Made by a program: the position numbers and the translations under genes
Notes under the pieces: model-generated
The model's database searches: none
Told to the model about the DNA's origin: nothing
Seen by the model: only the letters and a program-made list of their open reading frames with translations
Assembly: GCA_003614675.1 (NCBI GenBank)
Contig: ML002313.1
Coordinates: 1 to 43,143 of the forward strand
Reading direction: 5' to 3'
DNA length: 43,143 nucleotides
From: Dimargaris cristalligena
Lineage: Eukaryota
Part shown: positions 23,883 through 34,120 of the stretch, in pieces
How positions within the stretch are numbered: position 1 is the stretch's first letter
How the letters are laid out: every line of letters starts with the position of its first letter

Positions 23883-25800
23883 TGAAACCGGTAATTACGC
23901 AGAAGTGGACGTGGGGGGTGTGGTGGTAATAGCTATAGATATAGATATACTACCAAATGACACGCTGGGGGTAACAGTGTACCGGTAGGCTAAATGTGAA
24001 AATGGGTTGCGTAGCAGGTGGCTATAAACAATACTGCCCCTCACCGCTTTTAAAAAGTAATGTAGGTAAAAAGGGTAATCCTAAAGTAAAGATTAAAACC
24101 CCCAAAATAATGTGGCCGGTGCCAAATGGTTAGCAATATATGTGGACCGAGACCAGGAGATAAGGATGGACTCATTAGAAGCAACAGGCCATTTCGCGCC
24201 TACTCTAATGTTTTGGTTAGTACTGACTGTAATGGCCGTCCATTAACAAGAATCCCTTAGGTCTTAAGATTGAACGTGAGGGTTGTTGGGTTTATCGTTA
24301 TTACCTGGGGCGACAGATGTTGCCCGCCGTGTTATCCCCAGCGGCTACCAGTGTAACATAGCCGGGCATTAAGAGTCTCTCAGTAAACCTGCTGCTCCAT
24401 TATGGTTGTACCACGACGGTATCTGGAAGTAAAATGGGAGGCCCAAGGTTTGAACTGTCTCTAGTCAAGAAAGACAATGTAGTCGTTTAATCCGAACCAC
24501 GTGTGCCATTGAACCAAACTATAATTCGTATATTACCGGTACGGTAGTTCTTTGGTATTGTTGGTCACCAAATATAATCCCAACAGCCCTACTTGGGTGT
24601 ATAGCTTTGTTGTATCCCACACTATCTACTAACCCAATGCTGCTCAAGTATGCACAATCTAAAGACCCCCCCCCATCCGTATTCGCCGTTTCGTATTGGT
24701 ATTATAAGACATTCATTTATCCTACCCCGCCGATTACATTTCTCTGGCATTATCATGCCAAACCTGGGACATGGGGTATATTGACCATTTCATTTATCCT
24801 ACTCAATTTACCAACCATGAGTATTTAGCAATACTACTCGCAGATAAATCTACATTTTAATAATATTTAAAGTTACTTTAGCAAGTCCTTGCATTTACTC
24901 TTCGATTTTAAATTCCAACACTGAGAAGTAACGTGGAGGTCTGACTAGTCTTACCACTACACCCACCTAAGGTAAACAGACCTCTAATAGATTTTGGGAG
25001 ACTGACTGCAAAGTAGCCAACTGTAGAACCAAAATGCCAAGCACTCCGCACCCATCCAGGGGAAATGCACCAACTGGTAGGTATTGAATAGGCCACTTTC
25101 AATCAGCAGCTTTGAGAATTCAAGGAAGAGTGCGCTTCCTAGGTCACCAGGGCTTGGAAATAGGCTACAGTTAAAAAAGAGTACCAGGCTAAGCAGCCAA
25201 GCAAACAACTGGGGCGGCACAATAGCGAAGCACTCCGGGACAACGCGTCCCACATAAACTCGTCACCTTTCTAAGCCTTGGATCCTACCTTGCTACCAGC
25301 TATTCCCATACACCTCCCACCGAAGCATTGGCCTACAATTAAAATTCCATTAATTAGTGGGTTCTTGTATTTAACAATAGAATATAGCCAAGGTGTTTGG
25401 TACCGACATATTCTATTCTATAGAGAAGCCACCCCGGTTCCTTACTTTTAAAAATAATACAATTAGATGATTGGCATTATACAGTCTGTTAGTAACATTG
25501 CACAAAATGAAAAATCAACCTGCCCAACCCTATGTTTATTGCCATCAGTTCCTCATAATTATCCAAGTTGCGATCAAACCTTATTTTTGAATGCCGTTAA
25601 ATCCAACCTTGCCCATCACTTATTGAATCTTTATCTTTTCTAGTGAAATTCATAGACATTTATTTTGAGGATCTATATAAGGGCTAGGTTAATAAATAAA
25701 ACTCAATTGGACATAAAACCCTAATCGGTCGGGCTATTACATTTGGGAGAAATATCAGGAGAAAATGTACGAAAGCCAAGATTAGGTGGTCACCTAAGTA

Positions 25801-26877
25801 TTAAATAGACGAAGGCTGCGCTGCTTCTTGAAACACACACGAATACATAATGTGTTTTTCCCAGAAGCCGGTGCACTGGGCTTTTAATACCTCGATGGTA
25901 TCTTGAACAGACTCAATAACAGGAATGGCACGTAAATCTAGCCGATTTCTATTGGAACCCACCTCCTTTTCCAAGGATGTACATTGGTGTCCTTCGTCGG
26001 TGGTGAAAGTCCGCATGGTAATCGTTTTAGTGGAAAAATCCCATTCGTAACCCACTAGCAAATGTCTGAAAAGCTGGGCCTTGACCAGTTGTTGGAAAAT
26101 ATCGTTCAGACGAGTCTCCCATTTTCCGGCAACCATTCGGGTCTTCGGGGGTGACTTTTTGACGCTCTTGAAATAACTTTCGAGTTCTTGGTATCTCTGA
26201 CCCTCATAATCATCCGTGGATGGATCCACCAACTGGTTTTGGAAAAGTTCCGACAAGGTAGGGCATTTCGAAAAGAAATTGACGGGTTTCTCATTAGGAT
26301 TGACCTGAAGTTTAGAAAAAATTGCTTCGATCTCCGAAACTTGACTGGCCAAGAGCGAATAGGTTAAGCTCCCGGTTTCGCCGGGGTCCTTATCATTGAC
26401 GTTCTTTCGCATAAGCATTCGTTCAGGATAAGATCCCTTCTGTCCCTCGGGGTACACAATGGAATCTAGTTCAAGGAAATCCATCTCATCGTTGAAGGTG
26501 GCTTCGGAGACTTGGCCGGGGTGATACGGACTATGCGCGACTGTGTTCATGGGGTCACGCATGGGGTTAAGCGAATCCAATGTCTGGTCTGCACCATCGG
26601 GGAAATAGGATGACTCCCACGACATTTCGAGATTATCACCATCCCCTCCGCTACTCTGGTCATTAAATTCATCGTAATCCGAGGACATGTACTCGGTTTC
26701 TTGGCCGTTCTGGAGCGATAAAGGGTCGGTGATGGACCAGGAAAGCGGCTGACGATTAGGTAAAGTCGCCTTCAGAGTGTTTCCCAATTGCTCGCCAACT
26801 GGACTGGCGTCCACGAGGTAACTAATCCCCCCAAGGCATCCCATTCCAAACAAGACCATACGCGTATTCGAAGGCAT
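25801..26877 (-). CDS. Hypothetical secreted protein (358 aa from MPSNTR), no recognised family
   Basis: Intronless 1.08-kb ORF. Signal-like MPSNTRMVLFGMGCLGGISYLVDA-SP, acidic disordered middle, predicted helical C-terminal half; TATA-like TATATAA on the minus strand near 27070. Confidence 0.7.
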   Translation of the reverse strand: MPSNTRMVLFGMGCLGGISYLVDASPVGEQLGNTLKATLPNRQPLSWSITDPLSLQNGQETEYMSSDYDEFNDQSSGGDGDNLEMSWESSYFPDGADQTLDSLNPMRDPMNTVAHSPYHPGQVSEATFNDEMDFLELDSIVYPEGQKGSYPERMLMRKNVNDKDPGETGSLTYSLLASQVSEIEAIFSKLQVNPNEKPVNFFSKCPTLSELFQNQLVDPSTDDYEGQRYQELESYFKSVKKSPPKTRMVAGKWETRLNDIFQQLVKAQLFRHLLVGYEWDFSTKTITMRTFTTDEGHQCTSLEKEVGSNRNRLDLRAIPVIESVQDTIEVLKAQCTGFWEKHIMYSCVFQEAAQPSSI

Positions 26878-29027
26878 AGTGTTATTCAAAATAAAAACCA
26901 AATTTGGTGTTTTGCAGCTGGGTTATCGAAGATATGTAAGAATACAAGAGTAATTGTAAGTGAGCAAGCGAGGGCCAACGATAAAATACCTCCGGATTGA
27001 AAGGCGGGTAGAGATATTTAGGATTAGGTAGGATGTATTTTTCACAGGGAGACCTAAGCAGTGCTATTATATAGAAACCGTGGTTGCGGTAAGCATTGGT
27101 GGCAGCCCACTGCCCAACGAACTATGTGTAAAATTTGATGCAGTTATACAGAGTTTAAACTGAAATGGCCCGAGAAAATAGTGTACACCAATCAGCGCTG
27201 ACTCGCCGATATAAGGAAATCGTCCACCAGATAGCCGACTATGTCCTGTACGGAAGTCGCTGTAGTATCGGGCATCATGCCCTCCAACGACCCCTGGTGA
27301 ATATAAATTGATTGGGTAGAGTAAAAGGCTTCACAGAATAAGGGATGTACTCGCCGAGAACATATACCCTTTTTATCTATTGGGCCCTGTGGCTAAATGC
27401 GAAATCAAATCCAGCGTTCCCTATCCAAAAACAGTGCACAGCCCCCTTCCCCCTCCTTCCCCTTTTCGCCCCGTTCATTTCATCATTAGACTTGACCACT
27501 CCCCGTAGAATGTACGCCACCTGTTCAGCAATTCATTGGTAGTCAACGTAGACAATTCATGTACTGCCGTATGTTGGGCCCGAGTGGTAGAGCGGCGAAG
27601 CGTACGAGTAGTGGTACACCGTTTACGTAGTGCGGAATATTACTGGGCAAAGCAGTACTCAGCCAATCGAGATTGCTCAAAGAGCTATTTACAGAATAGC
27701 GGGAAGAGAGGGAGCGGAGGGAAGGGAGGAGAGGGGATAGTGAAAAAAAAATAGACCCTTCCTACCAAGCAACGTCCGGCGTACTTACGGTTCAAAACCA
27801 ACTAGTTAAACTACAGCCTCACTAGGAGAGGACCGTAGGGCACCGTCGATATAATTTTGATAAGACCAGGGGGGGATGATTCAAGAAATTCCTAGTGCAG
27901 TAGGAATTTTGCCGTTTATTTCTTCGGCTATGGACGCATTAAAATGGACAATGCTGTTCAAATCGGTACGCTTAAGGTATTAGCCAAGGCGGTTTTATAA
28001 TAGCGCGGGAAGTCGAAATACCCTGCCAATTGGCAAAATGGGCCTACAACGGGAAATTCCAAACGGCCCCAACAGACCAAAGAGGGATAGGAAAATGTCG
28101 AAAATGTGCTGCTTGAGGGGGGAGGGGATGTCCTTCCGTTTTACGACTATTATTTCAAATTTAGAGAGCAGATATTATACACCACTACTGCCGTGTATGC
28201 TCAAACTTAGGCTACTTCCTATTGTACATAACTTGTATTAGATATCCCTTACATTCAAAGCCCCTCCATGTATGCCTCTTGAGATATATATGCCTGCGCC
28301 CTATGCTGCTGTCATCCAACTGTTCCAAATGAGCTCGCTATCCCTCTGACACCTGGTTTCCGGGTCCTTGGGACAAAACTACTTCAGAATTAGCCAACTC
28401 ATTAGCAGTCCTGTTACATCCATTAAATCAAGTCAGCTCTGCAATGCATTTGAGCAAGATAGCCAAAGCCCACTGTTTATAAAGCATACTGTACTGTTAT
28501 TTTTTACACTGCTCTGCCATTAGCCAGGAGGTATCCTAAACATGGGCAAAATTCGGCCCAGCTGTATAATGTTTTAAATAGGGTGTATATGGGATAATAA
28601 GAGGGTGACTCATTTTAAATGAGTAGTTTATGTTTATCTAGCAAATAGTTGGTTTTACAGTCTAATTGAACCTCTCTCATCTTTAATCCCCTGTATAAGT
28701 TACAATTGGGCTCTAATAGTCCAGAATTAAAATCCATTAACCTGACAAACATTACTATTCTTGGCTATTGATGGTCAGTTAAGGCAACCCCAAATTATTC
28801 TGACAAAGGTTCTCACCTCCCACTTAAAACTTGTGGTCAACTATCATGAAGCTGGGGGTCTCCACACACTAAAATAGCATGCTAAACATCAAGTATGATA
28901 CATATGCTACCGTCTTAGTAAAACCACTAATGGGTTAGTTTTATTGTTTAAAATCAACCATTCCCTCTTATCTACTCATCAAAACCACTTGCACTGCAAT
29001 ACTAGGTGAATATCTGAACTTAATAAT

Positions 29028-30515
29028 TTAAATATCATCCATCTCAGGACATCTGTGCATTAGTCACTGACATCTAGAACTAAAAGTATGTGCACAGTAC
29101 TGGCATAGATCAACAATATTTGACTTTGTCACCCAGGTTAACCACTCTTAGTCCATCAAGAGTCCCAGGGATAGGTTTCTAATGGTAGGTGGGGCTTAGG
29201 CTTAGCCAAGTGGCTACTAGAATTAGGGAGGGATCAGTACTAACCAATAAAGAATGAGTGCAGGCTAATGCAAGGGACATGCAGTAGGAACACTTACTGG
29301 CTAATATAATAGGTAAGCATATAAGGAGTTTATTGAGGTAAACTATGGGGGTAAGAAATAAGCTAAGGAACTGAACCAGTCCTAGAGGGGCCTTGTTATT
29401 TATATGCAGGGACCACTCATAATGAGGGGTCCCTAAGGGAATGGAATGACTAAGGTAGAGGTGAGGGTCAGAGTCTCAACCAGTTGGGCTTGCTTTCAGA
29501 AGACTTTCACTGAGAGAGGAGGGTCATTGGATCAGCCAGTGGAGTATGGTGTGAGAAGCATTGGGACCCGGTTATAGTGGGTTATATAGTTGGGGGAGGG
29601 GTAATATGGCACTATAAGGCAATAGGATGGCGTAATCAGTGTTCCATATTTAGGAAGGATTAGGTAGGCTGACAGACTTGATTCCACATCCAAATTGGTG
29701 TACATGGTTATCTATCTTTCTTATGCTCTCCTTTCTGCAATCCAGATAATCATATGTGGGTGTAATACATGGTTTCAATTTGCGTGCTTTTAGATGGGCT
29801 GCTTGGGTGAATTGCTTGAGGCAGTTAGGGCAATTAGAGGGACCTCAGCACATCAACTTAGCATGTTTGCAAAGTGTGTGGTGACTGGCCAGTACACATT
29901 GGCACTTGGGACAACTGATTGGCTGATGCATGTAATTGTCATTTTCTTTAGGGACTGGGGATAGACATATTGAAAAAAATACTTGGGGCAGGGGATGGGC
30001 TTCTGACCTTTATGGCTCTGGAAGTAGGGGGTGCTGCCATTAATTCTGGAAATTACCTGTTCCTTGAACTTCTGGTAACAGTATTTAACCACCCTACCAC
30101 TGCTTAGCATTGGGGTAGCAGGGCTGTCTAATGTGGCTGTTTGACTTCCACCTGGCACATTACAGTTGACTGTGACCCATGATGCTTCATTATCATCATG
30201 GCTATCATCACTGTAGTTGCCATTGGTATCATCATCGACTTCATCCAAGCCATTATGTGACAAAGAGGAGTCCATGGCAGTATCCATTTTATCAGTGTCA
30301 GTGATATCCAGGCTATAATTGTGGGGAGATTGGGCCATGTTTGGTTTGACTGATGAGTCACTAGATGCAGCAGGGGCATTCACAATGAAATTAAGTGACA
30401 TGGGTTTGGCTTTTACTGAGGACACTAAGGTGGGTTCGGGAATGGGTCTACCTACTAACCCCTGAAAACTACCCAATATGGTGATTCCAACTGCCCAATA
30501 TATTGGCCTATACAT
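29028..30515 (-). pseudogene. Signal-peptide zinc-finger protein, copy 2: pseudogene (frameshift, two in-frame stops, solo-LTR insertion)
   Basis: Colinear with copy 3: MYRPIYWAVGITILGSFQGLVG-RP...KPMSLNFIVN. A frameshift near 29943 leads to HQPISCPKCQ...HAKLMC*GPSNCPNCLKQFTQAAHLK...FGCGIKS[LTR]NIVDLCQYCAHTFSSRCQ*LMHRCPEMDDI*. TGA stops are at 29847-29845 and 29066-29064. Confidence 0.88.
29127..29674 (-). mobile_element. Solo LTR of an LTR retrotransposon (548 bp)
   Basis: Termini TGTCA...TGACA; exact 5-bp target-site duplication GACTT at 29122-29126 and 29675-29679; TATAAATA (~29400) then AATAAA (~29330) on the minus strand. Removing it restores the host reading frame. Confidence 0.9.
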
Positions 30516-31729
30516 CAAAGCTGTTGATTGTAAAGAAGCGAATGTGGGGAGGGGTATGGTGGTAATATAAAAATACCAATTGGTTAGTTGGGTGCAGAAA
30601 ATATACCATAAAGTTTACAGAGCTGGTAGGTGGGAGAAGATCACAGATATTAACCTCAATAACATTGAAAATGGCTTGTGGGTAAGTGGTGAAAATGTTA
30701 AAGTAAAAATAAATGACTTTGGGGTAATGCAACTTTATAGGGTAGCTGTATGGCTATAAAAATGAACTGTATCCAGGAAAATAGGACCAGCTCATAACCA
30801 GCAACATACCATTGTGTGTCTATTTTCATGTTTTGCTTAGTACATTTTCGAATAGTTACCCATCAATAAGTGTATCTTTGCAATGATGCTTAGATATGGG
30901 GATAATTGGGCTCTCTATCTACAGTTAGTGGACCAAAGGTATACTTTTGTGTTATCTATGGCGACTTCCCATACAACACAGCTGCATATCAAATGGTTCT
31001 AAGTGGCCTAGAATCTCAACCATGGTCACGCTACAAGGGCATTGAGTGAGGGCTTTGATGATACAGCCTTTAGACTGCTGATAAATGTGAGAATGAAAAC
31101 ACGAACAATGAAATCGAACTACTAATGCTATTTGTTGAATGGTGTTAATAGTATCCAATCAATGTTTAGACCTCCAATAGTTTGTCCTTGAGTATAGCCC
31201 TAGCAAGCCCCCTGTTCATGCCATTTGTACTAATAGTCAATGCATTTCCCATTTTCTGCTATCCCAGTATGGCTCAAGTATACATAATGTGAACTCTCCC
31301 CCTTCTCTCCACCCCCCCTTTGTATGGCAATGTATTATATTGGTAATACCCCACCCATTGTGACCCCTGCAAGGCATTACAAAATATATTATTTTCTGTT
31401 TTTTTGTTTTTTTCATAAAGCACCCACTTTCCATGCAGAGACTTGACTAACATGCCAAAGGGTGGTTCCATTAAATCAAAATGTCACTAGTTTTAATATG
31501 TAATATTTACCTCTCATCTAGTGGGTTTTCCACTCTACAGCCTGGTTGAACCTCCCTCATACTCAATCCCCTATATAGGCTACACATGGGCTCTAGTGCC
31601 CTAGAGTGGAACTAATTTAACCTAACAAGTATTACAGTTCTTTGCCACTGGGTATTTTTAAGGTGACATTAAATTACTCAGACAAGGTATCTCTGCCTCC
31701 CACTCAAAACTTACAGCTAACCACTTCGA

Positions 31730-32977
31730 GTTTGGAATACCAGATGGCACTCCACCTTCGACATGTGAGGCTTGGAGAGCTGCAAAACAGCTTTGGCAAC
31801 ATTCTTAGGCTGCTTCATAGCCACCATTAAGGATTCCAAGTTGATGGGTTTGGGGATGATTGATGATACATATTGGTTAGTTTCGGTTGTTCTGGAACTT
31901 GTCGTGGACACTGTTTTGAATTGTAGAGAATGAGGAAATATAATAGCCAAAGTATTGAAAAACACTAGCGATAATGATAGTGATTGATTGAAAGCAGTGA
32001 TAGTGTACTACCTGGGAGGTCCGGCCTATTGCCAGTGGCCTTTGGGTTTCATGAGGAGGCAGGAGCCTCCTTATCAGCATGGCCTGAAGTCACGGTGGCC
32101 AGCTCCCTGGTGGCAGAAGACAGGAGGTTTATGGAGTTGGATGAGACAGGGGCAGAGTTGGGCATTGTCATGTTGGGGGCACAGAGGGGTGGGTGATTAG
32201 TAAACCAGATGGGGGTTAGGGGGGATAAATGAGGAGTATTGAAGTTTATTGAGAAATAATAGCACAATGGAATTGGTAATTAATAATAAATAAAAAAGTC
32301 ACTGTCAAGTTCAAGGAATATTAGAAATAAGTTTGAAAATTCAGAGTGGGTAATGATTCTCCTCAAACAAGCAGGAATTTGCTGGTTACTTATGTAACCA
32401 TCCCATGGGCCTTAGGGGCTGCTGGATACAAGGATAGGGACATAGAGAAAAAAGTCAAGAATGGAATGAGATAGAATGACAGGGAATCCATCAAAAAATA
32501 GGCCAGACTTTTAGGTGCAAGGAAGAATGGCAGGCTTTTTAATGCAAACCATGAGTATAAAGAAATGAATAATATTTTGTTGGTTTTTTGTGGGTAAATG
32601 ATGGGAATGGTACCACCATTGCATACCATGGCATATTCCACCCTCTGACAGTGAGGACTGACTGTCCATAGTCCGGGGACAAGTGCCAATCTCTGGATGG
32701 CACTACAATAGCATTGAAAATATGAGCTTCAATGAGTGGAAGGCTGCTAAGCTCCCTTGGTGATGATTCAAATGCCCTTTATATGCATAATTAGATACTG
32801 TAGCAATGTCAATTTCAACACAACAGGTGCTACAAATGGAGTGGAAGTAAAGCTATGATAAACGATTTCACTCGAGTTAAATCAAAGATAAAGGTAAAGT
32901 AAAAATAGAACTGACAAATGTGCCATGGGCAGGGTGTAATATCAACTGTTAGCAATCAACCATAGCATGCCGGACAG
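31730..32977. mobile_element. Possible degenerate ~1.25-kb insertion (absent from the paralogous unit)
   Basis: Alignment with 28830-28870 breaks at ~31725 and resumes at ~32985. The flanks are CACTTCGA (31722-31729) and CACTTCAA (32978-32985), a possible 8-bp TSD with one CG>CA change. No clear TIR or transposase. Confidence 0.4.
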
Positions 32978-33163
32978 CACTTCAATTCCGGATTTCTCCA
33001 AGCACTACTACAGTGAGCCAAATATCAAGATTTGTTTCTATGCCATAGTCTAAGTAAAGCCATTAATAGGTTGGTTTTATTATTTAAAATCACTTATTGC
33101 TTTCGAGTTACTCATCAAAAATGCCTACACTGCCATACTAATTAGATCTCTGAACTAAATATT

Positions 33164-34120
33164 TTAAATATTGTCCATCTTAGGACAAATGTGCGTGGGA
33201 ATCTGGCATTTAGAATTGAAGGTCTGTGTACAGTGTTGGCATGGTTCGATAGTACCCGATTTGTTATTACGTCCGAGTAGGTGGATTCGGAGGTGTGAAG
33301 CGGATGCTTTCTCCTTGCCACAACCCACACAATCATGCGTGGGTGTACTGCATGGTCTCGTGCGATGGGCTTGTAAATGCCTCGCCAGAGTGAATGGTTT
33401 GGAGCAGTCGGGGCATTTAAGGGAACCCCCGCATTCCCTCTTTGCGTGGCGGTAAAATGACCGGTTCCCGGTGAGTCTAATCTGACACTTGGGGCAACTA
33501 ACGACCCGATGGACGTAGTCATTATGTCTTTGCAGGGCCTGGGGACGGACATAGACCACTGGGCACTTGGCACACGGATGGGGTTTCAGAACTAAATGAC
33601 TTGGGTTGTGGGCGGCATCGTCGTCGGTACTAACGAATAGCCATTTCTTACTAGTCCAGCAATAGCATTTAGCCATGCTTCGGTTGGATTGGTTTGAGCT
33701 GGAGGGCTTGTCCAGGGATTCAGCTTCACCATCACTTGGTACAGCATCGTTGACCATAGTCCTCGCTTCGCCATCGCCGTCGCAATAGTCGCCACTGTAG
33801 CTACCGCCATCAGTATTGCCGTCGGCCTCATTCCCGGCATCACTTGACCCGGAGGCTGCGCTGCCGTCCCTCCCTGATAAAGAAGTATCCGTTTCGACTG
33901 TACCAGTGATATCTTGGCCAGTGATGTGACTATATGGAATCCATCTTGTTATGACTGACGAGCTGCGAGGTGCACGATAATTATTCACAATAAAATTGAG
34001 CGACATGGGTTTAGATCTTTTCATGGGCATCGGGACGGACACGCGGCCAGCCCTGGCCACAAGCCCCTGTAAACACCCCAGCAGGGCGATTCCAACCGCC
34101 CAATAGGTTGATATATACAT
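33164..34120 (-). CDS. Signal-peptide-bearing multi-zinc-finger protein, copy 3 (intact, 318 aa)
   Basis: MYISTYWAVGIALLGCLQGLVA-R; KPMSLNFIVN; fingers CAKC..HNDYVH, CPKC..HAKREC, CPDC..HRTRPC, CVGC..HLRIH and CQHC..HIC. Confidence 0.82.
   Translation of the reverse strand: MYISTYWAVGIALLGCLQGLVARAGRVSVPMPMKRSKPMSLNFIVNNYRAPRSSSVITRWIPYSHITGQDITGTVETDTSLSGRDGSAASGSSDAGNEADGNTDGGSYSGDYCDGDGEARTMVNDAVPSDGEAESLDKPSSSNQSNRSMAKCYCWTSKKWLFVSTDDDAAHNPSHLVLKPHPCAKCPVVYVRPQALQRHNDYVHRVVSCPKCQIRLTGNRSFYRHAKRECGGSLKCPDCSKPFTLARHLQAHRTRPCSTPTHDCVGCGKEKASASHLRIHLLGRNNKSGTIEPCQHCTQTFNSKCQIPTHICPKMDNI

Noticed and set aside
27886..27909. Hairpin AAATTCCTA-gtgcag-TAGGAATTT (and similar ones at ~5761 and ~28609)
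   Set aside because: Short AT-rich stems are expected by chance, and there is no supporting context.
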